A stretch of 64,000 bases of DNA, taken from positions 8,003-72,002 of the IMG/VR virus record IMGVR_UViG_3300013137_000015, one strand, 5' to 3'. The translations under genes were made by a program, and so were the position numbers. Position 1 is the stretch's first letter; each line of letters opens with the position of its first letter. The stretch comes from a virus. The notes under the pieces are model-generated. The model saw only the letters and a program-made list of their open reading frames with translations, was not told the DNA's origin and did not search any database. This document shows, in pieces, positions 19,575-29,378 of the stretch.

Positions 19575-19908
19575 AGTTTTTACAAATGTTTTAGGTTGGT
19601 CAGATGCAATATATATTTTTGACAATGATACTACATTTAATGAAATTAAGAACAATCCAAGAACAAAATATTTAGATAAATCAAATTATATAGGCTCATA
19701 TGATTTTGATGAAAAAATCTTAAACCTATTCAACAAATCAGAAATATGTGGCAAACCTTATTATTACAAATTTATGTATATGAAAGATGATATACCACAA
19801 GAAGAAAAACAATGGAAATTAATACCAGAATATGTTGAAAAAGAAGTAAAAAAATATAAAAACATAGATGCAGATGGATTTTCAGATGCATCACAATCAT
19901 TATTTTAA
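19564..19908 (+). CDS. Hypothetical protein
   Basis: 114-aa ORF overlapping the upstream stop. Confidence 0.65.
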   Translation: MKYRVFTNVLGWSDAIYIFDNDTTFNEIKNNPRTKYLDKSNYIGSYDFDEKILNLFNKSEICGKPYYYKFMYMKDDIPQEEKQWKLIPEYVEKEVKKYKNIDADGFSDASQSLF

Positions 19909-19909
19909 T

Positions 19910-20143
19910 ATGCCAATCTCAGCACAAGAAGCAATGGATAAAGTATTCACCTTAGAATTAAAAGGTGATGAAGAAGCATGGTATCAAAAACTTTGTTTAT
20001 ACACAGATTATCATATAGATAAATATTTTGATGGTAAGTTAATCAAATTGTCTTTTGAAAATTTGTCTATTCCAGATCCAAATAGAAGAGGTACGATAAA
20101 CCTTGTTATGTGTAGGTGTGGATTATTATCACCAAAGAAATAA
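19910..20143 (+). CDS. Hypothetical protein
   Basis: Likely start MPISAQEA just after the previous stop. Confidence 0.5.
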   Translation: MPISAQEAMDKVFTLELKGDEEAWYQKLCLYTDYHIDKYFDGKLIKLSFENLSIPDPNRRGTINLVMCRCGLLSPKK

Positions 20144-20199
20144 TAATATAAAATGAAAAATAAAAACAATAAAATTTCATATTAAAAATAAAAATTAAA

Positions 20200-20559
20200 A
20201 TGTTTGAACAAACAGTAAATAAATTTAAAGAATTGTATATAATTCTTTTAAAATCAAAAGTTAAAAACGATTTGAAATCAAAACTAAAATTATTAGAATT
20301 GGGTATTAAATGTGATTCTGGTTATGAGTGGATGTTAGAATTAATCAATTTTAATAAAGATATTATTAATTATTTTGATTCAATTGATAAAAAATATTGT
20401 AAAAAATATCACACATATAGAACAAATTATCCAGATATGCCTACAAAATTACCTGAAATATATCAAGATTTTAAATTATACACAACATATCTAATTGAAG
20501 AAAAGTATGAAAGTCTTGAAAATATAAGAATGGATATATTAAATAAATATAATATATAA
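20200..20559 (+). CDS. Hypothetical protein
   Basis: 119-aa ORF with A-rich leader. Confidence 0.6.
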   Translation: MFEQTVNKFKELYIILLKSKVKNDLKSKLKLLELGIKCDSGYEWMLELINFNKDIINYFDSIDKKYCKKYHTYRTNYPDMPTKLPEIYQDFKLYTTYLIEEKYESLENIRMDILNKYNI

Positions 20560-20603
20560 ACTTTATATGTATTTTATTTACAATATTTAAAATTTTCTAC
20601 AAA

Positions 20604-20690
20604 ATGTTGATTAGAACAATGACGGAACACTTATTTGAGCCAAATCTTAGAGAACTCAAATTAGAAAGAATTTTAGAAGAAGATGTGTAA
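20604..20690 (+). CDS. 28-aa microprotein (not in ORF track)
   Basis: MLIRTMTEHLFEPNLRELKLERILEEDV; overlaps the next start; AAAC-N17-TACAAT upstream. Confidence 0.45.
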   Translation: MLIRTMTEHLFEPNLRELKLERILEEDV

Positions 20691-21015
20691 AGTAGTTCAT
20701 TGGAAAAAGGATGATTATGATGTTTATATTGGTCGTCTACCAAACGGTGAATATAACAAATGGGCATATCCGAAAGAATTAAGAGAAACATTTCCTGAAG
20801 GTACTCCAAGACAAACAATAATAAATGCTTACGAAGATTATCTTCTTTCAAAACCAGATTTAATGGCAGATTTACATGAGTTGAAATATAAAACATTGGG
20901 TTGTTGGTGTAAGAATAAAGGTGGAGGTGGAAAATCTTGTCACGGTGATATAATAAAAAAGTATGTCGACAAACTTGAAAAGATTGATGAACGAAAGAAA
21001 TTAATTGATAATTAA
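20683..21015 (+). CDS. DUF4326-like protein
   Basis: VVH..DVYIGR...KW...L.ELK.K.LGCWC...CHGD signature. Confidence 0.8.
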   Translation: MCKVVHWKKDDYDVYIGRLPNGEYNKWAYPKELRETFPEGTPRQTIINAYEDYLLSKPDLMADLHELKYKTLGCWCKNKGGGGKSCHGDIIKKYVDKLEKIDERKKLIDN

Positions 21016-21325
21016 GTTTCAGAGTTGATTTTAAATGTATGTGTGGAAATTGTTCGAAAATTCCGTGTTTTGCCTTGTTCTTGCATTTTTATATTCAACC
21101 AAAGAGTTTTATTAATAAATTATTATATGAAGTTATTCAAAATCTATATGAAAAAACTTATAAAATTAAAAATCTTTTTATTGGAGAACCAAAAATAAAT
21201 ATGGAAGTTAAAGTGACAGATACATATGGTTGCGATATGGTCTCACTATGTTTTATAGATTTTGAATAAAACAATTAATGTTTATCCTCTCTTATAACTA
21301 CGCCGAAAATAAATAACACAAAAGA

Positions 21326-21352
21326 AAAAGTTAGTCATTTTGACTAACTTTT
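21326..21352. terminator. Bidirectional terminator
   Basis: AAAAGTTAGTCA-ttt-TGACTAACTTTT between convergent genes. Confidence 0.7.
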
Positions 21353-21368
21353 ATTTACTTTTATATAT

Positions 21369-22265
21369 TTAATCTACTAAGATTTTGTAATTTGGTGCAT
21401 TAATTGTTTGACGTCCATTTCTAAAATTATCAGTATGCCACCAAGTATGTACACTATAACCTTGTGTATCTTGTTGTTCGAATCCTTCACCCCAACCATC
21501 TGAACATTGACCAGATATATATTCTTTTACAATTTCTTTATCCTCATCTGTCAATGGTTTTGTTGATTTTACTTCTATTGTAAATCTACTATCATCATCA
21601 AAATCGTTACCAACAACTTTCATATCAACAACACCAAGATTTTTTGATTCATCAAAATATTGAACTAAGTTAGATTCATTGAAATCATCTTGTAAAACAT
21701 CAAAAATTTCCATTCTTTCGCGATCAGTAGTATTTTCTACAACACTACCATATACTTGGAATTCAAGTAAAAATCTATCCCAATTTCCAAATTCATCTTC
21801 AATGTAATTATCTATAGTAGCTTCCCAATTATCATATTCTTGTTGTCTATCATTATAATCTTGTAATTCTGATTGATAATCATCATCACTATCAAAATCT
21901 TCTCTTTGTGGTTCTTCGCCTGGTTCTTCTGGTCTAGCATCTCTTTCCCATCTTTTATATTGGTCAACAAACCACCAAGCATCAATACCTTCTCTATCAA
22001 GTCTTTCTGCTATAATCCTTGGATCTTGACTATCAAATGTACTTTCGTCTATATTTCTTTCAATTGTAACTGGTACTTTAAAATTAGTAATATGTAAATT
22101 ATCAGTTTTTACTGGTTGTGCAGGAGTTTCTTGTGCAGGCTTTTGTACTTGTTGATTAACTTGTTCAGGTTCTCTTATATTACCTGTACTTGTTGTTGTC
22201 CAACCTGGACCGTAAATATTTTCTTCGTTAAATTGATTCCAATTTTTTATAGTTCTCATATTCAT
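21369..22265 (-). CDS. Acidic protein with capsid-targeting-like leader
   Basis: MRTIKNWNQFNEE start; C-terminal GQCSDGWGEGFEQ motif. Confidence 0.75.
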   Translation of the reverse strand: MNMRTIKNWNQFNEENIYGPGWTTTSTGNIREPEQVNQQVQKPAQETPAQPVKTDNLHITNFKVPVTIERNIDESTFDSQDPRIIAERLDREGIDAWWFVDQYKRWERDARPEEPGEEPQREDFDSDDDYQSELQDYNDRQQEYDNWEATIDNYIEDEFGNWDRFLLEFQVYGSVVENTTDRERMEIFDVLQDDFNESNLVQYFDESKNLGVVDMKVVGNDFDDDSRFTIEVKSTKPLTDEDKEIVKEYISGQCSDGWGEGFEQQDTQGYSVHTWWHTDNFRNGRQTINAPNYKILVD

Positions 22266-22442
22266 ACAAATTTAATTTTTATGTTATTTATTATATATTT
22301 TTTTCTACAAACGGTTTTTTATTTTATTTTTGTTTTAATTTAATTTTTTTTCTTTTGGTAAAAAGGAAATAACACTTTTAAAAAACTTTTAGAATACACA
22401 ATACCATCGGAACAACCTTGATGTTGTTAGTTGTTAGATATT

Positions 22443-23492
22443 TTATACAGTTATATCAATCGGTGGATCAAAAATTATTGTTGATTTATCTTTAGCATCA
22501 ACTTCATAAGATTGTCTTATCTTGTATATTGTGTTACTATCAAATCCATATGTTTCTTCAAAATATTTTGGATTAAAATTCTTCATTATATTGCCTTCTT
22601 TACCAGGTAAATATATTTCAAACAATTCTGCACTTGAACCTTGAATTAAATACACTTCTTGTTCATCTCTTAAATTATAAATACTTCTTTCAAAAGTTAT
22701 GTCCCATTCTACATTTTCTACTTTAACCCAAGATTTTAAAACGAGTTCTTGCATAACTGAACCGTGATGCCCACCATAAGCAATTGCACCATTTTCACTA
22801 TATGACCAATAAACACCAACACCTTTATAATCTTCCATATTCTCTAAACTTTGAACTGTTTTTGGAATCATTATAGACCTGTATATAGGAATTTTATTAT
22901 CATCACTTTCATATCTTAAAATATATATGATTATATTCCAATATTGATCATCTACAACCTTGCAATAATCAAAATCATTACTATATCCTTTTTGAATGTA
23001 TCTTAAAAATTCTTCTTCATCTGTTATTATTTCTGATTTTATAATATCATCAAAATCTATACGGTGTGATATATATTCTTCGGCTTTATTTATTCTTTCT
23101 TCTTCATTTTCAATATCATCAAAGTATTCACTCCAGTCACCAGTGTCTTTTAAATAGTCAATTAAAACATCTTTATTATTTTCAAAATATAATTTTGCAG
23201 CATAATCATATTCATATAGATCTATCATATCTGTTTCGTTGAACAAATCATTACAAGACTTATTAAATATCCTTTCATTGTCGTAATATTCAATCACTTC
23301 ATCTGTTGTCTTAAATTTATTTTCAAAATTTTTCTTTTGATTTGGTTTGTATTTTTGAACAAACTTTTTTGCAACATCTTGCACCCTATCAGTTTTTTGA
23401 TCTGGAAAAAGACTTAATTGCCTTACTTCTTTATATTTTTCATATGTCTTTATGTACTTCATATTCTTGTTATATGTTTGTAAATATTTCAT
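22443..23492 (-). CDS. Putative ADP-ribosyltransferase-fold protein with doubled leader
   Basis: MKYLQTYNKN-MKYIKTYEKY start; C-terminal IYR...GVYWSYS...EQEV (R-S-E pattern). Confidence 0.55.
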   Translation of the reverse strand: MKYLQTYNKNMKYIKTYEKYKEVRQLSLFPDQKTDRVQDVAKKFVQKYKPNQKKNFENKFKTTDEVIEYYDNERIFNKSCNDLFNETDMIDLYEYDYAAKLYFENNKDVLIDYLKDTGDWSEYFDDIENEEERINKAEEYISHRIDFDDIIKSEIITDEEEFLRYIQKGYSNDFDYCKVVDDQYWNIIIYILRYESDDNKIPIYRSIMIPKTVQSLENMEDYKGVGVYWSYSENGAIAYGGHHGSVMQELVLKSWVKVENVEWDITFERSIYNLRDEQEVYLIQGSSAELFEIYLPGKEGNIMKNFNPKYFEETYGFDSNTIYKIRQSYEVDAKDKSTIIFDPPIDITV

Positions 23493-23624
23493 TCAAATTT
23501 CTTTCTCAATATAACCAAAGCAAGTACCAACTAACCAATTTAATTTTAGATATGTTGAATTCCATTTTGCTCTAATTGAATCTGAATTTTCTGTTATTAA
23601 TTTATATGTCTTTAAATTTTTCAC
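23493..23624 (-). CDS. 43-aa microprotein with leader (not in ORF track)
   Basis: GTG start overlapping the upstream stop (GTGA); MKNLKTYKLITENSDSIRAKW...; stop abuts the next ATG. Confidence 0.55.
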   Translation of the reverse strand: MKNLKTYKLITENSDSIRAKWNSTYLKLNWLVGTCFGYIEKEI

Positions 23625-24838
23625 TTACCAAGTATCTTTTTTAATTGATTCAAAGTATCTTTTGTATTTTTGTGTAATATTCCAATACCACCTTTTTCTC
23701 TCCATGGTTTTATATTTTTTTCAAGATCATCTATTAATATTGTTGTTGGTGTAGCATATGATTCTTTTCTAAAGAATAAATTTACTTTTATATCACCTAA
23801 TTTTCTTTTACACCATATCTTCTTACCAATTCCTGATAATTTATCTCTTGAAGGTTTTGATAAAATTTCAGTACCTTCAAATTCTTTAATATAATTCCAC
23901 AATTCTTTACCATCTGGCATCCAAGACATTTTTGACCAAAAATCTAACCCCAATGCTTTAATCTCTGACCAAAATTCCTTAGAACCACAAACTTCTTCAA
24001 ATTCCCATCCAGTTTTAAAATCTGTATCGTTTTCTTTATTAAATTCTTTTAAAAATTTTCTATAAACATCACCATCAAAATCAGTCAATACCCCATCCAG
24101 GTCACAGTATATCTTGAAGTTAATCTTTTCTTCATTTATAAAATTTTTAAATTTTGTTTCAAGACTTTCTTGGTATTTGGCTTGTCTCCAAGCTAATGGA
24201 TTTTTCGAATCCCATGCAGTCATGTCAGACCCCCAACCTTTACCCCAACCTTTCTTTTTAAGTTCTTGTTTTTCTTTCCAACTCATTAAATGAATGATTT
24301 TCATTTCTTCTTCACTTCTTTTTTTAGAACCTCTATAATTTGATAGTGGTACTAAAAAAGGTTTAATTTTATCATTCAAACCTTGACACCAATAACCTTC
24401 ATTCCAATCCGCATCATCTGGATCTGTCAAATCTTTATCAATAACTTCAATTAACCACTCAGGTTGTGAGAAATCTAATTCTTTTAATAAAGGATATTTT
24501 TTATTAAATGCTTCTTCAATATCATCTAAAATTTGTTGCATTTCAGATGGTTGTGGATATGTCCAAAAAGAAATAACTTGTTGTTCATACCAAAATCTTC
24601 CTAAAAATTTATATGCAGCGTCTCTGTCCAAGACGTGGTCTTCGTCTACAAACATTTCATATTCATCGTCTGTCAACATTTGAATATGTGTTTTACACAA
24701 TCCAACTCTCATTTCATCACCTCTATAACCAAAAGCGACTGCATCATCTTTTTGCCAATTGACATAAATTGATCTTGGTTCTTTATATGTAATAATATCT
24801 GGATTTTCAAAAAGTTTATATTTCAATATTTTGTTCAT
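23621..24838 (-). CDS. Two-part protein: shared N-terminal domain plus HAD-family 5'(3')-nucleotidase-like domain
   Basis: MNKILKYKLFE leader; after KFKNFINE come YCDLDGVLTDF, ILS, K..W and LIDD HAD motifs. Confidence 0.75.
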   Translation of the reverse strand: MNKILKYKLFENPDIITYKEPRSIYVNWQKDDAVAFGYRGDEMRVGLCKTHIQMLTDDEYEMFVDEDHVLDRDAAYKFLGRFWYEQQVISFWTYPQPSEMQQILDDIEEAFNKKYPLLKELDFSQPEWLIEVIDKDLTDPDDADWNEGYWCQGLNDKIKPFLVPLSNYRGSKKRSEEEMKIIHLMSWKEKQELKKKGWGKGWGSDMTAWDSKNPLAWRQAKYQESLETKFKNFINEEKINFKIYCDLDGVLTDFDGDVYRKFLKEFNKENDTDFKTGWEFEEVCGSKEFWSEIKALGLDFWSKMSWMPDGKELWNYIKEFEGTEILSKPSRDKLSGIGKKIWCKRKLGDIKVNLFFRKESYATPTTILIDDLEKNIKPWREKGGIGILHKNTKDTLNQLKKILGK

Positions 24839-25637
24839 TATTGGGTATATATTTTATCATAAAAACGATTTACAACATTTATCAGTCTACCAAAATCGCC
24901 ATTATTTCTTAATTTTTTGAAAACTAAATTTTCAAGTGAAAATTCACCTCCCCTTGATAATCCTTCTTTTCTTTCATTGTGTATTTTCTTTTTATATTCA
25001 GATGCAAAAAGATAATTCTTATGTGATACTTCTGATGTACTTGTTATATTACTTATTTCTTCTAATTTATCAATACCGCTTTTATATGTGAGGTATTTAA
25101 AATCAACTTCTTCTTCATTTATTTGTGGCTTATTCCAATCAGGTTTTGATATCCATTTATTACTTAACAGAGAATAAATACCTTGTGAAACATTTGGGTC
25201 GTTAATATCTTGAATATATAATTCAACATCATGACCTTTAATTCTTATATTATGTTTTAAATTCCATAATGCTCTTTCATTATCAACTATTTTCTTTCCT
25301 AATTCTACATTTGAATTTATTTTAGAAACATCAACTAAGATATGAACATCCAAATCTGAAAATTCATTCCAATTATAATTTGCTAATGAACCAGTTAAAA
25401 TAATATCAATGATAGAAGATTGATATCCAAAACCAGTATAAAACTCTGTTGCTATTGTAACTAATTTTTGTCTAATTCTTTCATTAAAAATTTCATCAGA
25501 CCAGAATTTAGGATTTAATTCTTTTTTATAATAAAATTGTGCGCTTTCTTGGTATTTAGCTTGTCTCCAAGCCAATGGATTTTTCGAATCCCATGCGGTC
25601 ATATCGGAACCCCAACCTTTGCCCCAGCCTTTCTTTT
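24165..25637 (-). repeat. Duplicated ~95-bp coding block (24165-24258 and 25544-25637)
   Basis: Both encode KKKGWGKGWGSDMTAWDSKNPLAWRQAKYQES; differences are synonymous. Confidence 0.9.
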
Positions 25638-26232
25638 TCATTTCTTGTTTTTCTGCCCAAGATAGTAAATGGATTGCTCTTTCTTCTTCTGAAAATTGTT
25701 CTGAACCCATATAATCTTTTATCTTAATAAGTTTAGAATTATCAGAATCGCCCCAATATTTATAATCATTTTCTATTTGTTTTCCTGCTTCGTTTGTAAC
25801 AATTTCAATCCACCAATCATCTGTTATTTCAATATCAATGTTTTTCTTTTTAAATGCTTTCATAATATCATTTAAAACTTTCCATAATTTTGTATAATCT
25901 TTTGGAAAATCCCAAAAAGTAATGTATTTGTTGTCTTTCCATAATCTTCCTGAATATTTTAAATCCTCTCTCTCTAAACCATAATCTGTTAATTCTCCAT
26001 GACACATTCTAGCATATGAAGATACCAATATTTTATCTTTATAATATCCAAATATATATGCATCATTTTCATAATAATCTATTTCAACGCCATCTTTTTT
26101 TATCAAATGATCTGGACTTTCATTTAATACACTTTCTTGATTGGAACTCCATTCATTGATCTTTTCGTCATCTTCTATTTTGCAGATAGCGTTTAGATTT
26201 TCAAATAGTTTATATTTATTTAGATGTTTCAT
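24838..26232 (-). CDS. Two-part protein: shared N-terminal domain plus Pol-beta nucleotidyltransferase
   Basis: MKHLNKYKLFE leader; LTGSLANYNW..SDLDVH..DVELY NTase motifs after YQES. Confidence 0.75.
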   Translation of the reverse strand: MKHLNKYKLFENLNAICKIEDDEKINEWSSNQESVLNESPDHLIKKDGVEIDYYENDAYIFGYYKDKILVSSYARMCHGELTDYGLEREDLKYSGRLWKDNKYITFWDFPKDYTKLWKVLNDIMKAFKKKNIDIEITDDWWIEIVTNEAGKQIENDYKYWGDSDNSKLIKIKDYMGSEQFSEEERAIHLLSWAEKQEMKKKGWGKGWGSDMTAWDSKNPLAWRQAKYQESAQFYYKKELNPKFWSDEIFNERIRQKLVTIATEFYTGFGYQSSIIDIILTGSLANYNWNEFSDLDVHILVDVSKINSNVELGKKIVDNERALWNLKHNIRIKGHDVELYIQDINDPNVSQGIYSLLSNKWISKPDWNKPQINEEEVDFKYLTYKSGIDKLEEISNITSTSEVSHKNYLFASEYKKKIHNERKEGLSRGGEFSLENLVFKKLRNNGDFGRLINVVNRFYDKIYTQ

Positions 26233-27131
26233 TACAATTTCTTTTCAAATGCCCATAAATCAAATTCTGTTATATTACTAACATTTGTATTTTTATTGAA
26301 TTGGTCACCTGTAAATGATTTTATAGTTTTATATGAACCTAATAATTTCTTACCTTCATAAACTTGAACGGTTCTGTTTAATTCGCCTAATGCACCAACA
26401 ACAGCTAAATAATCATTCGAGAAAATTGTTTTTAAGATGCTTATTTTAACATCCTTAGGATTTGACTTACCTTCTTTTATTGTAGGATTAGACCATGGAT
26501 CTTTAAGATTCAATACAGTACCAGTATTTTTAATTGAAATTTTTGGTGTTCCAATTGGTTTTTGTGCTTGAATTTTTACTTCTTCTTCTTTCTCAATCTT
26601 TCCAGCTTTTATAAGTGCTTCTTGATTTCTTCTAATAGTATTAAAATCTGCTCTTGCAATAGTTCTTTCAGTCATAACTCTATCATTCATCTTATAACCT
26701 TTTGGTGGAAGACGATAGAAATGACCAGTAAACATCATACCCTTTACATTACTTGCTTTAAATAATCTCCAAACTTTTTTAGTTTCTTTTTTCTGTGATA
26801 CTGAATAACCTTCTAAATGCCAACCTCTAATCAATTCATTCTTGGTGTTTTTATTTATACCAAGAACCATAGGATATACAATTCTCTCTCTCCCTCCGCC
26901 CCAAGTGTCTTTTTCGCCTTTATATAATATTAATAAAACCATACCATTCTGAATGGCTTGAACCATTTTAGCACGGTCATATTTAATTCTTTTATTAACA
27001 GGAAAACCAGGAACAATATCCATAATTTTCTGATTTTCATTTAATTTAAAACGTATTTTTGGTATATATTCTATATCATTTTTTGTAGATTCTATTCTCT
27101 CCACAAATCCTTGATAATCTAGGTCTAACAT
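26232..27131 (-). CDS. WYL-like domain protein
   Basis: I.Y.G...RIVYPMVLG....LIRGW......WRLFK..V pattern. Confidence 0.5.
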   Translation of the reverse strand: MLDLDYQGFVERIESTKNDIEYIPKIRFKLNENQKIMDIVPGFPVNKRIKYDRAKMVQAIQNGMVLLILYKGEKDTWGGGRERIVYPMVLGINKNTKNELIRGWHLEGYSVSQKKETKKVWRLFKASNVKGMMFTGHFYRLPPKGYKMNDRVMTERTIARADFNTIRRNQEALIKAGKIEKEEEVKIQAQKPIGTPKISIKNTGTVLNLKDPWSNPTIKEGKSNPKDVKISILKTIFSNDYLAVVGALGELNRTVQVYEGKKLLGSYKTIKSFTGDQFNKNTNVSNITEFDLWAFEKKL

Positions 27132-27406
27132 ATATTTGATGATTTTTTTAAATTATTAATTCTTTTAGTGCTGCATAAATTTGTAACATCTGCAATAATT
27201 TCTGCAGCAATATCATTATCATATCCATATTTTATCGATATTTTGTGTTTTTCACAACCACAATTGTCACATTTCGCAACTACTTTTTTAATAGAATTTG
27301 GTAATAAACTATGAACACTTACACGAATTTTTTCACCTATATTTCCTAATTCTTTATAAATACTACTATTAGTTATAGTTATATATACAAATTCTGTTAT
27401 TAACAT
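27125..27406 (-). pseudogene. Probable truncated homing-endonuclease N-terminus
   Basis: YKELG..I.VSV..L..NS..KV.AKCDNCG Zn-ribbon start with no nuclease domain. Confidence 0.4.
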
Positions 27407-27532
27407 ATTATTTAATTTATTTTCATTATCTTACAAAATAAGGTGCAAGATCATGATACCTTACAATCTAACTTATATATTATTTTTTGATTTCCATAAT
27501 TTATATATAGTTGTAAAAAATATTAATTCGTC

Positions 27533-27700
27533 ATGAAATATTTAGAAACATTTGAAAAAATTTGCTCAACAAGATAATTGTAAAGGTTGTGGTGTTCCAT
27601 TAGCCCTAAGAAAGATAAATGTGATTACTGTGGTTCACCTTATAGAAAAGATATTGGGAAAGACTATCAAAGACAAAACAAAATGTCTCGACACAAGTGA
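27533..27700 (+). pseudogene. Frameshifted zinc-ribbon gene with leader
   Basis: MKYLETFEK, then +1 frame FAQQDNCKGCGV, then original frame ISPKKDKCDYCGSPY. Confidence 0.55.
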
Positions 27701-27739
27701 AATGACGGAGGTCCAAAATAATAAAAATAATATAAATAT

Positions 27740-28666
27740 ATGAAAACATTACAAAATTGGAATCAATTTAATGAAAACTTACGAGATTATGTAGGTAAAG
27801 TTAGAAAAGCATACGATGGTAAAGATACAGATGTTAAAACTATAGCTGATACTATTGGTTTAACACCATCGCAAGTTATAAAAATTATCAGATATGACTT
27901 AAAACATCCAGAAATTGCTGATGAATTTGAAGGCAAATTCAAATCTAAAAAGGCTACTGATGAACCAGAAAAAACCAAAAAACCAGAAAAACCAAGACCA
28001 GCAAGAGCTGCAAAATCAGGTAAAAATATTGTTTTTGAAATGACTGGTTCTCCAAGAAGTGCAATGCAAATGTTGCCACCAAAAGAAAGAACAAAAGCTG
28101 TTTTTTCAGAAGAATTGGCAAAACATGGATATGTTTGGGGTAGATTAGGTAAAAACTGTGACCTTTTGGTATCTGGTGATTTAAAAGAAGAATCAGTTAA
28201 AATGAGAAAAGCAAAAGATCTAGGCATCGATATAACAACCTATGATTCACTTATTAAAAAACATAAATTGTTCAAAGATAATGAAGCATTAAATGAAAAT
28301 TATGATGAAGATGAAATTGGTCAATTAGAATTATGGTGGGATGGACAAGGTCCTTCGACTTGGTTTTATTTAGGTGATGCAATTAAAGATGGTATCATTG
28401 ATGAAAAACTAGGTTTAGATGATGATATGGCAACAGATTTTGCTGAATATCTAGCAGGAATTGGTGAATTAGAAGAAGATTCGGTTGAATGGTTTGATTT
28501 AGATGAATTATCAATGATGCTTGAACAAGACTTTGATGATACATTAGATAAATTATTTGATTTCTTAATGGAACAAAATGTTATAGAACATAAACCAAGT
28601 GTTGAAATTAAAGGTGAAGATGAAAATGGTGAAGAATGGGAATTTAGTTATCATCCAGAAAATTAA
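27740..28666 (+). CDS. Leader-tagged multidomain protein: HTH-like, BRCT, acidic tail
   Basis: MKTLQNWNQFNE; FEMTGS...HG...KNCDLLVSG..S.K.RKAKDLGI resembles the LigA BRCT; acidic domain follows ALNE. Confidence 0.7.
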   Translation: MKTLQNWNQFNENLRDYVGKVRKAYDGKDTDVKTIADTIGLTPSQVIKIIRYDLKHPEIADEFEGKFKSKKATDEPEKTKKPEKPRPARAAKSGKNIVFEMTGSPRSAMQMLPPKERTKAVFSEELAKHGYVWGRLGKNCDLLVSGDLKEESVKMRKAKDLGIDITTYDSLIKKHKLFKDNEALNENYDEDEIGQLELWWDGQGPSTWFYLGDAIKDGIIDEKLGLDDDMATDFAEYLAGIGELEEDSVEWFDLDELSMMLEQDFDDTLDKLFDFLMEQNVIEHKPSVEIKGEDENGEEWEFSYHPEN

Positions 28667-28675
28667 TTACTAAAA

Positions 28676-28993
28676 ATGAAAAGGTTCAATAATTTTATTA
28701 ACGAAAGTGATAAAATATCAAATGTCACAGGTTACGGAAATACTGTCATGGAACACAATAATGTGGAATTAGATAGTATTTATGGAGCTATTGAAGAATC
28801 TATTGATCATATTAATAGTTTAGAAACACAATTAGATGAACTTGATGTTGAATTTACTGGTGATGAAATTCAATCAACAAAAGACATTGAACAAATTGAA
28901 GGTAAATCAAAAGAGTTAAAAGAACTTTTGAATAAAGCATTAGAAATTGCTGATGAATTAAAAGAAATCAGCGAAAAATATATTCAATATTAA
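28676..28993 (+). CDS. Acidic coiled-coil protein with leader
   Basis: MKRFNNFINES start. Confidence 0.7.
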   Translation: MKRFNNFINESDKISNVTGYGNTVMEHNNVELDSIYGAIEESIDHINSLETQLDELDVEFTGDEIQSTKDIEQIEGKSKELKELLNKALEIADELKEISEKYIQY

Positions 28994-28995
28994 TT

Positions 28996-29073
28996 ATGAA
29001 AACAATAAAAAACTTTAAACAATTTGAGGATGTATATTTCCTACCAGAACCTATTCATTACCAAAAAAAGTAA
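28996..29073 (+). CDS. 25-aa microprotein or remnant with leader
   Basis: MKTIKNFKQFEDVYFLPEPIHYQKK. Confidence 0.4.
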   Translation: MKTIKNFKQFEDVYFLPEPIHYQKK

Positions 29074-29107
29074 CTGGGTATTCAAGATATTCATTTGGAG
29101 GTTAATT

Positions 29108-29209
29108 ATGAAAACAACATTCAATAGTTTTTTAAATGAAGAGAAATTTTTCAACTTTTTAAATAAACTTCATTTTTTAAATAAACTATATTTAAAATGG
29201 AAAATATAG
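29108..29209 (+). CDS. 33-aa microprotein or remnant with leader
   Basis: MKTTFNSFLNEEKFFNFLNKLHFLNKLYLKWKI. Confidence 0.4.
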   Translation: MKTTFNSFLNEEKFFNFLNKLHFLNKLYLKWKI

Positions 29210-29348
29210 GCAAAAAAATTATAGTGGAATTAACACCTCATGAATTAGATTTGATTATAAGTAAACTAGTTTGAATTTTGTAATACTTACAATCAAAAAC
29301 AAAATAATTCTAAAGCCAGAAAGATACAAATTAATAGGGTTTAAAACA

Positions 29349-29378
29349 AAAAAGTCTTGAAGTAATCAAGACTTTTTT
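29349..29378 (+). terminator. Intrinsic terminator
   Basis: AAAAAGTCTTGA-agtaa-TCAAGACTTTTTT. Confidence 0.65.
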
